Part shown: positions 1 to 12,072 of the stretch, in pieces
Numbering within the stretch: the first letter of the stretch is position 1
Layout of the letters: the number at the start of each line of letters is the position of its first letter
Source: Squalus acanthias
Taxonomy: Eukaryota
DNA: 64,000 nucleotides
NCBI GenBank assembly: GCA_030390025.1
Contig: CM059432.1
Location: forward strand, 16,184,001 to 16,248,000
Reading direction: 5' to 3'
Notes under the pieces: generated by a model
Told to the model about the DNA's origin: nothing
The model's database searches: none
What the model saw: the letters and a program-made list of their open reading frames with translations, nothing else
Program-made: the position numbers and the translations under genes

Positions 1-35
1 ACCTCAGGACGTCCCAAAGCGCTTTACAGCCAATT
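1..35 (-). mobile_element. fragment of tRNA-derived Deu-type SINE (cut by window edge)
   Basis: Reverse complement matches ATTGGCTGTAAAGCGCTTTGGGACGTCCTGAGGT, seen in the SINE copies at 32.4, 44.7 and 61.3 kb. Confidence 0.7.
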
Positions 36-350
36 AAATTTGGGAGAATTGGAAAAGTTTTATTTTCCTGCTGAACAGATTTATTGGGAGAATATACTTG
101 GAACAATCCAAAAGCATTATTTTTGTGATAGGTTATTTTCACTACCCCTCCCGTTCTCAGCTCACTAAATTCCATCCCCCCTGTGCAAGTAACTCAGTGC
201 AGCCTGGTGCCAAAGTCGCTGTGTGACAGACCATCAAGACATGAGTAAGAGTAATCAGGATGAACAATCATTCTGACATTCTCGGTGTCCTACCTCTTTG
301 AGGTGATGCGTCACATTGCTAAATGCATCTGTCCCTATCAATTCATTTTA

Positions 351-1415
351 CTTACATAGACTTACATCGAATTTACAGCAGAGAAACAGGCCATTCAGCC
401 CAAATGGTCCATGCCGATGTTTATGCTCCACACAGGCCTCCTCCCACCCTTACTTCATCTCAGCCTATCAGCATATCCTTCAATTCCTTTATCCCTCATG
501 TAGTTATCTAGCTTCTGCTTAAATGCATCTATGCTATTCGCCTCAACCACTCCATGTGGTCATGAGTTCCACATTCTCACTGCTCTCTGAGTAAAGAGGG
601 TTCTCCTGAATTCCCTATTGGATTTATTAGTGACTACCTATATATATGGCTCCTAGTTTTGGATTCCCGCACAAGTGGAAACATCTTCTCTATGTCTACC
701 CGATCGAACCCCTTCATAATTTTAAAGAATGAGAATGAGAGGGGATCTCATTGAAATGTATAAAATTCTGACAGGGCTAGACAGACTGGATGCAGGGAGG
801 ATGTTTCCCCTGGCTGGGGGGGCTCTAGAACGAGGGGTCACAGTCTCAGGATACGGGGTAGGGCATTTAGGACTGAGATGAGGAGAAATTTCTTCACTCA
901 GAGGGTGGTGAACCTGTGGAATTCTCTACCACAGAAGGCTGTGGAGGCCAAGTCACTAAATATATTTAAGAAGGAGATAGATAGATTTCTAGACACAAAA
1001 GGCATCAAGGGGTATGGGGAGAGAGCGGGAATATGGTATTGAGATAGAGGATCAGCCATGATCATATTGAATGGCGGAGCAGGCTCGAAGGGCCGAATGG
1101 CCGACTCCTGCTCCTATTTTTCTATGTTTCTAAAGACTTCTATCAGGTCACCTCTCAGCCTTCTCTTTTCTAGATAAAAGAGCCTCAGTCTCTTCAGTCT
1201 TTCCTGATAGTTGTACCCCCTCCGTTCTGGTATCAAAACGTTTTGCACTTTCTCCAGTACTTTGACATCCTTTTAATAATCTGCAGACCAGAACTGTGCA
1301 CAGTACTCTAAGTGTGGTCTAATCAAGGTTCTAGTTAAGTTGAACATACAGTCTCTGCTTTTGAATTCTATTCCTCTAGCAATGAACCCCAGTGCTTTGT
1401 TTGCAATTTTTATCT
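351..1415 (-). mobile_element. CR1 LINE 3' fragment, interrupted at 729-1130
   Basis: Minus-strand ORF 1273-1470 gives the CR1 RT C-terminus (IRPHLEYCAQFWS); CR1 3' UTR at 351-480. Confidence 0.85.
729..1130 (+). mobile_element. CR1 LINE 3' end nested in an older antisense CR1
   Basis: RRMRGDLIE/FFTQRVVNLWN-coding sequence, TTTCTATG tail, TAAAGA duplicated at 723-728 and 1131-1136. Confidence 0.9.
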
Positions 1416-1534
1416 TAATTTTAATCAAAAGTAAATTTGAAAATATTAAAATCGTATTGTACCAGTTCATCCTGAGACAGATGCATATAGCATCTACTGC
1501 CGCACAAACCTTCTGCAGAAGCCAATATAACAGA

Positions 1535-1633
1535 ACTGAGTGTGGTTTAAACAGAGTGCTGTGAGTTGGGTGAGTCAGGGAGTCTGGTGAGGAGTGGAAA
1601 GAGGAGCTCCCTTGCTTCGCCTTCGCCTTTGTT
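1535..1633 (+). repeat. shared leader L, copy 1 (others at 12606-12698 and 14613-14705)
   Basis: ACTGAGTGTGGTTTAAACAGAGTGCTG...GGAGCTCCCTTGCTTCGCCTTTGTT is present three times, near-identical. Confidence 0.95.
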
Positions 1634-2704
1634 GGAGAGACACAGGCTGCGAGATTCTCAGCTCAGCTCAGCTCGGTGCTGTGTGAACGGGACTGAGTGC
1701 GGTTTGAAGAGTGCTGAGAAGAGGAGAGGAGAGGAGAGGTCTCTCTCTCTCTGTGCCTAGGAGGAGAAGAAGACAGAGCCACGAAGGGCAGAGTGGAGAC
1801 CCTTTCCACCTCCACCACGCCTGCTGCAGCTATTTCCACAACTACTGCTGAGGTGCCAGAAGGGAGAGGGGAGAGGGGAGAGGAGAGAGAGGAGAGGAGA
1901 CCAACAACAACAACAGAGGGAAGCCATTACATCACTGCCTCCCCAACTGGTCTCCATTACGAGAGAGGGAGAGAGGGGAGAACAAGACTACCATCTGCTT
2001 GGAAGGAGGGAGAGCGAGCCATCAAGAAAAACAACATCTAGAGGTGGGTGTTAAAAAGGGCACTCTCCAAAAGACTTTGTAGTTTAGGTGGGGGGAGGAA
2101 AGAAGAAGGAGAAGACCGGAACAGCAAGGGGAGTGTGTGTGGCTCTTGCTAACAACTAGGCCACACACACCATCAACAAGCACCCCTTGCCTATTGCTTG
2201 ACCTGGGACAGCTGGAGCTGCCCAGGCAAAGTCATCAATCTATTTCCCCAATCTATAACATCGTTAAGACCTGGTAGTGGACTGAGCCTGGGCATCTCCA
2301 GCTTTATTTTCCCAGGTGAAGACATCTTCTCCCCCCACCAGAAGATCAGAAAAAAACCAACAAGGACTATAATTAACATCGGAGAGTGCCCCCCCGTAAG
2401 CACCCACCCACTATCCTGAGTGGCGAACAGGCCCTTGCGGCCTCCCTTCTTCCCACCCGCTCTCTCTCTCTCTCTCTCTCTGCCTCTCTCTCTCTAACAA
2501 GGCACCTTTACCTATTAATTACCCAATTGAGCAGAGGGGAGAAGGCCCCTCTCCCAATTCCAATCATCAAAGGGAGAGGTGTGCCTTCATTTTTAAAACA
2601 ACCCCCTCTTCTCAGGGAAGAGACAAAAACAAACAACCTAGGCCATTTCAACCATCACCCGGCCTGTGACTTGGGGTGGGTGTAGCCCTTTATACCACCT
2701 TATT

Positions 2705-4747
2705 ATGGCGAGCACATCTTCGCCGGCAACGGGGCAAGCAAGGTCGTACGCGGGTGTGGCAGCCACGGCCACAGCCAGTCCCGCTGCTTCTGCTGCCCTG
2801 TCGCCTTTCAGGCTATTGACCAAAAAGCTGGGGGTGAAGAGCTACACTCACCCCAACATGACCATAGAGGCTTGCGTCAAAGCCATGGCTGGGGTAGTCG
2901 GCCCCTCAGCCATCGTAGCAGCCTCTAAAATGTACGGCAAGGCTGTGTTCTTCCTGGGGTCGGAGCGGGCGGTGTCCCTGGCCGTCACGAAGGGGCTCAC
3001 TGTGGGCGGGACCTTCCTGCCGGTGGATCCGCTTGAGGCCACCGCGCAGCGAATCGTCCTTTCAAACATCCCGCCCTTTGTTCCGGGTGAGCTCCTCCTC
3101 CCCCACCTACGTCAACTGGGGGAGGTGAGGTCGGGGATTAATCCGATCCCGCTCGGCTGCAGGGAGGCCAGCCTCCGGTACGTCTTCTCCTTCCGGCGCC
3201 AGCTGTTTATCCAGCTGGTGCGGGAGGAGGACAAAGAAGGCGCGTTGTCGTCCAACACGTGCGGTGCCACGCCTGCAAGGAGGTGGGGCACATAAGAAAG
3301 AACTGCCCCGCCTTCAAGGCCGCCAAAACATCTGAGGCAGCCGAGGCTGGCACCACCGCCGCTTCCCCCCCGTTTCTGTCTGCGCGTCCGCGACACCCGA
3401 TGCGCGGTCAACACCGAAGTCAACGCCGTCGCGGCCTCCGGCAGAGGGGAGGGGGAGCGTCCGATCGGAAGGAAGGCGCGGAGGAAAACTAAACTAAACA
3501 CCTTCAGGTGGGTCCCCTTGACATACAGGATGAGCTACCCGGGCTTACGCCCCCGTACCTTGCGCAGGTGGCGGCGGTGCTCGAGAGTGCGGGAGGTCTC
3601 GTGCCCGGGCCTGCGGCCGCAACTGCCAAGACAGCAAAATCAAGACCTGTGGTTGGGCCCGGGCCCGGGCACGAGAGACCCAAGCAAACCGTTCGACAGG
3701 AGGGAGCGGAGGTGGAGGCCTCGGTACACATGAGGTCTCCCAACCTCCGTGTCCCTTCACACTGAAAAGGAGGCGCAACACCCTGGAGGAGGAGGAGGAC
3801 CGCGAGGAACAGGGTCCCTCCTCGCAAGGGGAGTCGTCGCTCGCCGCGGGTGCTGCGCCCCCCCCCCGCAACCGACACCGACACCATCACTGACATCCGG
3901 CAGGAGTCGCCTGTCCCCCGGGAGGGTACGACAGATGAGTCTGTCCAGCCTGTGCCTCCCGGGGATGGGGAAGAGACCCTGCTCGTGGGGGGGGCCGCGG
4001 AACTACCCGCGGAGGAACTATATATTGAACCATTGTTTCTCGCCAGGTTGGGCGTCCTGGGGACCGGGGCGGGCGAGGCCAATGAGGCTGAGCCCGCCGT
4101 ATACGGTCAAGACTATTCCCAGGTGCTGCTCGACCTGGTTGAGGAATTCAGCCAGGGTCCCCGGTCCGCTGGGTCGGAGGATGGTGGCGGTGAAGGGGAA
4201 GGCCCCCTGACTCCGTCTCCGACGCTGGCGCCGGGGGTGTTGGGGGAACTGGCATTAATGTACTCCCCGGTTTCCCCTGTGCACCCCGGTGCCGGGGGCG
4301 GAGGGGGGCCCCGAGCCTGCCGCCGCTTCCTGGCCCGGCGCCTCTGGAGGAGCCCAGGGAGGACTCCTCTGCCGCTGATCCTGGGGGTGGGATCGGGGCA
4401 GAGGTAGGACCAGCTGATGGCGACCCCCCGAGGAGGAGGACGGGGACCCGGCGGAGGGCACTGAGGATGACATGGACTCCGTCGCCAGCGAGGCGGCGGA
4501 TACCCTCGTGCCCCCCTCCGGGCCCCCCCTCATCCCCGTTGTGGAACTCCGGGACTTTGTGGCCATGGGCCAGGGTCGCCAGGATATAATCCGGCTGGCC
4601 ATCGATAAATGGTCGATCTGGCGCTGCTCGTTTGCTCCGTCCGCGCCGCCGTCAAAACCATGGGCGCGACGGGGGCATGGGCCCGGCCGAGCGGCATCGG
4701 ATCCGGAAGTTCCTGGCTGGGCTGAGAAGGGAGTGGCGGTCGACTAG
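2705..4747 (+). pseudogene. Tx1 ORF1 (gag-like nucleic-acid-binding protein), frameshifted
   Basis: IVAASKMYGKAVFFL and IVLSNIPPFVP motifs, CHACKEVGHIRKNC knuckle in another frame at ~3262, low-complexity C-terminal half split over frames. Confidence 0.8.
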
Positions 4748-4803
4748 CGGCTGCGCTCCCTCCTCCCGTTAGGGTTAGGTAGAGGTTGCACTATGCTCTT
4801 GTC

Positions 4804-7800
4804 ATGAAGATAACCATAGCCAGCCTCAACATCAACGGCAGCAAAGAGGCACGCCGTAGATTTAATAACTTCACGGTCCTTCGGGAAGGGAGGCATGCAG
4901 TGTGCTTCCTGCAGGAAACTCACACCGTTCCGGGAGACGAGGCCATGTGGCTCCTGGAGTGGCGAGGAGGGGTCAACATGAGTCATTTCTCCAACATTTC
5001 CGGCGGGGTGGCTATCTTGCTGGCCCCGCATTTTCAGCCGCAGATCTTGGGGGTCAAGGAGCATGTGCCGGGCCGCTTGCTCCAGGTCACTGTTCGCCTG
5101 GGGGGCATGCCGCTCCATTTAGTGAACGTGTAGGCCCCCCAGGCCGGTGGCCAGCAAGTGCGCTTCTTCGAAGAAGTGTCCGCTCTTCTGGGCTCCATCG
5201 ACGTCGGCGAGTGTGTCATCCTCGGGGGGGATTTCAATTGTACCCTCGAGGCGAGGGACCGTTCGGGTCCTCCGCGAAGCCTGGCGGCGATGGTGAAGTT
5301 AAGGGACCTGGTCGGGTCCTTCGACTTGGTGGACGTCTGGCGAAATCTCCATCCCGACTCCAGCGCCTTCACTTGGGTGGGGTCTGGAGGAGGAAGGTCC
5401 AGAATCGACCGCCTTTATATTTCCCGGGCGTACGTCTCCTGCGTTCCGGCGGCTTCCATGCGGCCGGTACCGTGCACGGACCACCACCTGGTGTGGGCGG
5501 AGCTCGCTCCGTTGCACGCGCCGGGGGGGTCCGCGTACTGGCATTTTAACAACCTGCTGCTGGAGGACGAGTGGTTCCGGGATTCGTTTCGCCGGTTCTG
5601 GGCCGACTGGAGAAGGAAGCAGGGGGGGCTTCCCCTCCTTGAGGCGATGGTGGGACGTGGGCAAGGCTCACGTCCGTCTCTTCTGTCAAGAGTACACGAG
5701 GGGGTCGACCAAGAGGCGGGAGGCCCGGGTCGGGCGGTTGGAGAGGGAGGTGCTTGACCTGGAGTCCCGTCTCGGTCAGGTCGTCGAAGACCCGGCCCTG
5801 CGGAAGGTGTACGAAGAGAAGGGCGCGCTGAAGGACCTGCAGCTGGTCGGGTCCCGAGGCGCGTACGTGAGGTCGCGAATCCAGTTCCTGCGGGACCTGG
5901 ACCGCGGCTCCCCCTTCTTCTACTCGCTGGAAAAAAAAGACGGGGGGTCCGTGAGCAGCTCTTGGGGCTGCTGGCCGACGACGGATCTCTGGTCTCGGAT
6001 TCGGAGGGGATCAGCGCGGAGGCCCGGGCCTATTACGGGGCTCTGTTCTCTCCGGATCTGTCCAGTGAGGATGCGCGCAGAGCTTTGTGGAAGAACTTGT
6101 TGAAGGTCGGCCCGGAGGGCGCCGAAAAATTGGACGCTCCGCTAAGCTTGGCGGAGCTGACTGGCGCTCTCGGCCAGCTCTCGAGGGGAAAGTCCCCGGG
6201 GCTGGACGGGCTGACCGTAGAGTTCCACAGGGCGTTCTGGGACGTCTTGGGGGGCAACTACGCGCGGGTCCTGGGGGAAAGTCTGGCGACCGGGGAGATG
6301 CCCCTCTCTTGGCGCAGGGCGGTCATCGTCCTGCTGCCCAAGAAGGGCGATCGCCGCCTCTTAAAAAACTGGCGCCCGGTCTCCCTCCTCAGCACGGACT
6401 ATAACATTTTTGCCAGGGCCATGTCTGCGCGCCTTGGCTCCGTGCTGGCCTACATGATCCACCCCGACCAGTCCTACACGGTCCCGGGCCGGTCCATCCA
6501 TGACAACATCCATCTGGTCCGGGACCTGGTCCACCTTTCCCAGAGGGCTGGATCAGGAGAAGGCGTTCGACAGGGTGGATCATGAGTATCTTTTCGGAAC
6601 TCTGCGCGCATTCGGGTTCGGGACGCACTTTGTCGCCCGGATCCGACTTCTGTATGCCTGCCGCGGAGTGTCTGATTAAAGTTAACGGGTCTTTGACGGC
6701 GCCCCTTCGCTTCGGGAGAGGGGTACGTCAGGGATGCCCCATGTCCGGTCAGTTATACGCCGTTTGCGTGGAGCCTTTCCTGCGCCTCTTGCGGAAGAGT
6801 TTGATGGGACTGGCTCTGCAAGGGCCGGGCGTGGAGGTCGTCCTCTCGGCTTACGCCGATGACGTGCTCCTCATGGTCACGGATCCCGTCGACTTGCGGA
6901 GGATGCGAGAATGCCAGCAGATTTACTCGGACGCATCCTCCGCCAGGATCAACTGGGAGAAATGTTCTGGACTCCTGGTGGGCCAGTGGCGGGTGGACTC
7001 CCTGCCGGAAGAGTTCAGGCCCTTCGCCTGGAACACAACGCACCTCCTCTACTTGGGAGTCTACCTTGGCCCTGCTGAGGACACCTGGCCGGCGAACTGG
7101 CAAGAGCTGGAGGCCAAAGTCACCGCTCGCCTAGGACGTTGGACGGGGTTGCTCCGAGTGTTGTCCTACAGGGGTCGAGCGCTGGTCATAAACCAGCTGG
7201 TGGCCGCCATGTTGTGGTACCGGTTGGTCACTTTGATCCTTCCCTCTGCATTTGTCGCCAAGATACAGAAGAAGCTGATCGACTTCTTCTGGGACAAAAG
7301 GAAGCACTGGGTCTCTGCTGCGGTTCTGTGTCTCCCGCTTAGGGAGGGCGGTCAGGCGCTGTTGTGCCTTCGCACCCAGGCGGCGACTTTCCGCCTTCAG
7401 ACGCTGCAGAGATACCATTACGTCGAGAATCCTCCCAGATGGTGTGCGCTGGCGACATATTTCTTCCGTCAGATGCACGGCCTCAACTACGACACGCAGC
7501 TCCTGTTTGTGGAATTGGGCCGCACGCGAGCCTACCTGTGGGAGCTGCCTGTCTTCTACCAGGAAGTGCTATGGGTCTGGAACCAAGTCACCTCCAGGCA
7601 GAGTTCTCCCCCGTCAGGAGTGGCGGCTCTCCTTCGGGAGCCGCTGCTCAGTAATCCGCACCTCCACGTCCGACAGATCGGGTGGCTGGCGGAGGGCAGG
7701 GCTGTGCCTGGCAAGGTGACCAGAGTCGGGGACCTGCTCGATGGCGGAGGAGCGGGCTGGATGGCGTCGGAGGAGTTGGCGCGGCGCCTCTCCTGGGTCG

Positions 7801-8678
7801 ACGTCTGGCGCGCGGCCAAAGCCATCGAGTCGCTGAAAGTGGCCCTGGGCCCCGACTCCACTAGGTGTATCAAGGAGGCTCAAGCACATGGGGCGATCCC
7901 GTCCGAACTGACCCCCGTTCGGACGGAATTCCTCATTGGCGCGCGGCCCCGAAACCCCTCTCGGGAACAGGCGCCTCACAACTTGAGCCATCTCGGGGAA
8001 ATGCCCTCCGTGCCTTTTAGTTCTCCACGGAGGTGTTTCCTGTACTGGCTGCTCCTGCACACTCTCCACTTTGCCATCTTCGCCTGCCGTCCGGACACGC
8101 CTTGGCAGGCCACCTTGCCGTCCGGCGGAGGCGAAGGTCCCCAATGGAGGGCTCTCTACGCAGGAGTCCTCCCCTTTTCTACTGGGGACTAGGCCTGGAG
8201 GGTGTTGCACGGAGCAATCCCGTGCAATCAGCTTTTAAGTAGGTTCACGGACTCCCAGGCCGCCTGTCTTTTTTGCGGCCTCGAGGAGTCCGTGTTCCAC
8301 GTGTATGTACAATGTGAGAGGTTGCAGCCCCTCTTTCAATATTTGAAGGGGCTGCTCCTTGCTTTTTGGTTGCACTTCAGTCCCACGCTCCTGATCTACA
8401 GTCACCCAGTGCGGAGGGGAGAGGGCAGGTCGGAGGACCTCCTCGTAGGACTGCTCCTGGGCCTGGCCAAAGTGGCCATTAACAGGTCCAGGCAGCGGGC
8501 GGTCGAGGGGGTCGGTCGGCCCAATTGCCTGCCTCTCTTCCGCGGCTATGTTCGCGCCCGGGTGGCTCTGGAGATGGAGCACGCGATGTCCGCCGGCACA
8601 CTTGAAGCCTTCCGAGACCGGTGGGCGCCGCAGGGACTGGAGTGCATCGTCTCCCTGGGCAATGTTATTTTAATTTAA
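4804..8678 (+). pseudogene. Tx1 ORF2 (AP endonuclease, reverse transcriptase, zinc motif) with stops and frameshifts
   Basis: SLNING, FLQETH, GGDFN, SRIDRLY, TDHH; KSPGLDG, WRPVSLL, GVRQGCPMS, YADD, YLGV; CLFCGLEESVFHVYVQC; stops at 5131 and 8190, shifts near 5635, 5940 and 6550. Confidence 0.92.
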
Positions 8679-8743
8679 TGGGATAAGTTTCATTTGAAGT
8701 TTTGTTAATTTGCAGTCGTTTTATGTTGACTCAAAAAAAAGAG

Positions 8744-8877
8744 TACAAGGCCTACAATTCAGAGCAGCTGAGGCAGTTAATTAGGGGAACTAGATTAAAC
8801 TGGTTCTCCTGTAGCAGGGCAGGGCCGAGCAAGCTCCTTTGTTTCAGGGCCGATAAAAACAGGCTTTGAAGTGCGAT
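8744..8877 (+). promoter_or_regulatory. module P copy 1 (TATA altered to GATAAAAA; separated from its Inr by a CR1 insertion)
   Basis: Near-identical to 14473-14607; continues at 12601 after the inserted CR1. Confidence 0.75.
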
Positions 8878-8976
8878 CATAGAATCATAGAATCATAGAA
8901 GATAGGAGCAGGAGTAGGCCATTCGGCCCCTCTAGCCTGCTCGCCATTCAATGCGATCATGGCTGATCATCCAAAT

Positions 8977-10626
8977 TCAGTACCCTGTCCCTGCTTTCTC
9001 CCCATATCCCTTGATCCCTATAGCCTTAAGAAATATATCCAACTCCTTCTTGAATCTATTTAATGAATTGGCCTCTACTGCCTTCTGTGGCAGAGAATTC
9101 CACAGGTTCACCACTCTCTGGGTGAAGAAATTCCTCCTCATTTCTGTCCTAAATGGTTTACCCCTTATCCTTAGACTGTGACCCCTGGTTCTGGACTCCC
9201 CGACCATCGGGAACACCCTTCCTGCATCTAGTTTGTCCTGTCCTGTCAGAATTTTATAAGTTTCAATGAGATCGCCTCTCATTCTTCTAAACTCCAGCGA
9301 GTATAAGCCCAATCGACCCAATCTCTCTTCATACGTCATTCCTGCCATCCCAGGTATCAGCCTTGTGAATCTTCGCTGAACTCCTTCCATGGCAAGAACA
9401 TCCTTCCTCAGATAAGGCGACCAAAACTGCACACAGTACTCAAGGTGTGGTCTCACCAAGGCCCTGTACAACTGCAGCAAGACATCCTTGTTCCTGTACT
9501 CAAACCCTCTCGCTATGAAGGCCAACATACCATTTGCCTTCTTAACCACCTGCTGCACCTGCATGCTTACCTTCAGTGACTGGTGCACAAGGACACCCAG
9601 CTCTCGTTGCACTTCCCCTTCTCCCAATCTATTGCCATTCAGATAATAATCTGCCTTCCTGTTTTTGACACCAAAGTGGATAACCTCGCATTTATCCATG
9701 TTATATTGCATCTGCCATGCTTCTGCCCAATCACCCAACCTGTCCAAATCATCCTGGAGTTTCTCGGCATCCTCCTCGCAGCACACACGCCCACCCAGCT
9801 TTGTGTTGTCTGCAAACTTGGAGATATTACATCTAGTTCCCTTGTCTAGGTCATTAATATATATTGTGAATAGCTGGGGTCCAAGGACCGATCCCTGCGG
9901 TACCCCACTAGTCACTGCCTGCCACTCGGAAAAAGACTCGTTTATTCGAACTCTTTGCTTTCTGTCTGCCAACCAGTTCTCTATCCAAGTCAATACCTTG
10001 CCCCCAATCCCATGTGCCTTAACTTTACACGCTAATCTCTTATGCGGGACCTTATCAAAAGCCTTTTGGAAGTCCAAATACACCACATCCACTGGTTCTC
10101 CCTTATCTATTTTACCAGTTACATCCTCAAAAAATTCCAGTAGATTAGTCAGGCATGATTTACCTTTTGTAAATCCATGTTGACTTTGTCCGATCCTGTC
10201 ACTGTTTTCCAAGTGCTCAGCTATTACATCTTTTATAATGGACTCTAGCATTTTCCCCACTACCGATGTCAGGCTTACCGGTCTGTAATTCCCCGTTTTC
10301 TCTCTACCACCCTTTTTGAATAGTGGGGTAACATTAGCTACCCTCCAATCCATGGGTACAGTTCCAGATTCCATCGAATGTTGGAAGATGATCAGCAATG
10401 CATCTACTATTTCTAGGGCCACTTCCTTAAGTACCCTAGGATGTAGATTATCAGGCCCTGGGGATTTATCGGCCTTCAATCCCTTCAATTTCCCTAACAC
10501 CATTTCCCTACAAATACTGATTTCTTTCAGTTCCTCCCTTTCATCAGACCCTATGTTCCCCAACATCTCTGGGAGGTTATTTGTGTCCTCCTTTGTGAAG
10601 ACAGAACCAAAATATGTATTTAATTG
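8977..10626 (-). CDS. CR1 ORF2 RT portion (open frame; catalytic FADD reads FADN)
   Basis: KSPGPD, NYRPVSLTS, YLDFQKAFDKVPH, GVPQGSVLGP, SKFADNTK. Confidence 0.85.
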   Translation of the reverse strand, partial: QLNTYFGSVFTKEDTNNLPEMLGNIGSDEREELKEISICREMVLGKLKGLKADKSPGPDNLHPRVLKEVALEIVDALLIIFQHSMESGTVPMDWRVANVTPLFKKGGREKTGNYRPVSLTSVVGKMLESIIKDVIAEHLENSDRIGQSQHGFTKGKSCLTNLLEFFEDVTGKIDKGEPVDVVYLDFQKAFDKVPHKRLACKVKAHGIGGKVLTWIENWLADRKQRVRINESFSEWQAVTSGVPQGSVLGPQLFTIYINDLDKGTRCNISKFADNTKLGGRVCCEEDAEKLQDDLDRLGDWAEAWQMQYNMDKCEVIHFGVKNRKADYYLNGNRLGEGEVQRELGVLVHQSLKVSMQVQQVVKKANGMLAFIARGFEYRNKDVLLQLYRALVRPHLEYCVQFWSPYLRKDVLAMEGVQRRFTRLIPGMAGMTYEERLGRLGLYSLEFRRMRGDLIETYKILTGQDKLDAGRVFPMVGESRTRGHSLRIRGKPFRTEMRRNFFTQRVVNLWNSLPQKAVEANSLNRFKKELDIFLKAIGIKGYGEKAGTGY

Positions 10627-10627
10627 T

Positions 10628-11761
10628 GGATATGTGGAACACTCTTTGTTCCAGTCCTACTCGGGTCCCCTCCCTCACCTCTTTTTCCGGTACATTGACG
10701 ACTGTATCGGTGCCGTTTCCTGCTCTCGCCCTGAACTAGACAATTTCATTCACTTTGCCTCCAATTTCCACCCTTCCCTCACCTTCACATGGTCCATCTC
10801 CGACTCTTCCCTCCCCTTCCTCGACTTCTCCGTCTCCATCTCTGGGGATAGGTTATTGACCAACATTTACTACAAGCCCACTGACTCCCACAGCTACCTG
10901 GACTACACTTCCTCCCACCCCGCCTCCTGTAAGGACTCTATTCCCTTCTCCCAGTTTCTCCGTCTCCGCCGCATCTGCTCCGACGATGCCACCTTCCATA
11001 CCAGTGCTTCCGACATGTCTTCCTTTTTCCTCAACCGAGGATTCCCCTCTACCGTGGTCAACACGGCCCTCGACCGTGTCCGTTCCATCTCCCGCACTTC
11101 TGCCCTCACCCCGGCCCCTCCCTCCCGGAACCACGATAGAGTTCCCCTTGTCCTCACCTTTCACCCCACCAGCCTCCACATTCAACGGATCATCCTCCGC
11201 CATTTCCGCCACCTCCAACGTGATCCCACCACCAAACGTATCTTCCCCTCACCTCCCCTTTCAGCATTCCGTAGGGACCGCTCCCTCCGAGACACCCTAG
11301 TCCACTCCTCTATCACCCCCAGCACCCCTTCCCCTTCACCCGGCACCTTCCCGTGCAAGCGCAGGAGATGCAACACCTGCCCTTATACATCCCCCCTTCC
11401 CACTCTCCAGGGCCCCAAACACCCCTTCCAGGTGAAACAGCGATTTACTTGTACTTCTTGCAATCTAGTATACTGTATTCGCTGCTCACGATGTGGTCTC
11501 CTCTACATTGGGGAGACCAAACGCAGACTGGGTGACCGCTTTGCGGAACACCTCCGTTCAGTCCGGAAGGGTGACCCCGAGCTTCCGGTCGCTTGTCATT
11601 TTAATTCACCCCTCCACGCTCACTCAGACCTCACCGTCCTCGGCCTCTTGCATTGTTCCACGGAAGCGCAGCGTAAGCTCCAGGAACAGCACCTCATCTT
11701 CCGTTTAGGCACTTTACAGCCTTCCGGACTCAATATCGAGTTCAACAATTTCAGATCATAA
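10628..11761 (+). CDS. Penelope RT C-terminal half, Cys linker and GIY-YIG endonuclease (open frame)
   Basis: RYIDD, LPFLD, YYKPTD, CKRRRCNTC, LVYCIRCSRCGLLYIGET, RFAEH, LQPSGLN. Confidence 0.9.
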   Translation, partial: GYVEHSLFQSYSGPLPHLFFRYIDDCIGAVSCSRPELDNFIHFASNFHPSLTFTWSISDSSLPFLDFSVSISGDRLLTNIYYKPTDSHSYLDYTSSHPASCKDSIPFSQFLRLRRICSDDATFHTSASDMSSFFLNRGFPSTVVNTALDRVRSISRTSALTPAPPSRNHDRVPLVLTFHPTSLHIQRIILRHFRHLQRDPTTKRIFPSPPLSAFRRDRSLRDTLVHSSITPSTPSPSPGTFPCKRRRCNTCPYTSPLPTLQGPKHPFQVKQRFTCTSCNLVYCIRCSRCGLLYIGETKRRLGDRFAEHLRSVRKGDPELPVACHFNSPLHAHSDLTVLGLLHCSTEAQRKLQEQHLIFRLGTLQPSGLNIEFNNFRS

Positions 11762-12030
11762 CCCCGGCCCCTACCACATATGTACACATTTTATCCACTC
11801 TTTTGGTCCGTGCCTTTTTCCTTTTTTTCTCTCTCTCCCCCCACGGCAGCTGTCTCTGATTCTGCCAGCATTTCACACCTTACCTTTTGTTTCTCAACCT
11901 GTCCCATTACCATCTCGTCTTGCCTTGAGCATCTCTCAATGTCTCTACTCACTAAAGACCATCCCATTTGTTCTTTTATTCCTCCCCCCAGCCTCCCCCT
12001 TGCATTTTTATCTGTTTATTTCTTGCTCTC

Positions 12031-12072
12031 TCAGTTCCGACGAAGGGTTTCAACCTGAAACGTTAACTCTGT
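12031..12072 (+). ncRNA. minimal hammerhead-ribozyme-like motif of the Penelope 3' region
   Basis: AGTT-CCGACGA-AGG...CCT-GAAA-CGTT-AACT: core variant of CUGANGA plus GAAA, short stem II, palindromic AACGTT stem III. Confidence 0.6.

Larger units (their letters stand above)
1634..8743 (+). mobile_element. Tx1-clade non-LTR retrotransposon, essentially full length, decayed
   Basis: ORF1 with CCHC knuckle, ORF2 with APE, RT and C-terminal zinc motif, GC-rich body, short T-rich 3' UTR and A-run at 8733-8740. Confidence 0.9.

Noticed and set aside
1590..1625. Leader L as U2 snRNA-derived (faint similarity of GGAGTGGA..GAGCTCC to antisense U2; some Tx1 elements target U2)
   Set aside because: The match is short and gapped, and no other U2 features are present.
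10316..10627. N-terminal 104 aa of the 481-aa ORF as part of a novel fusion protein
   Set aside because: This is antisense CR1 sequence running by chance into the Penelope frame across the TSD.
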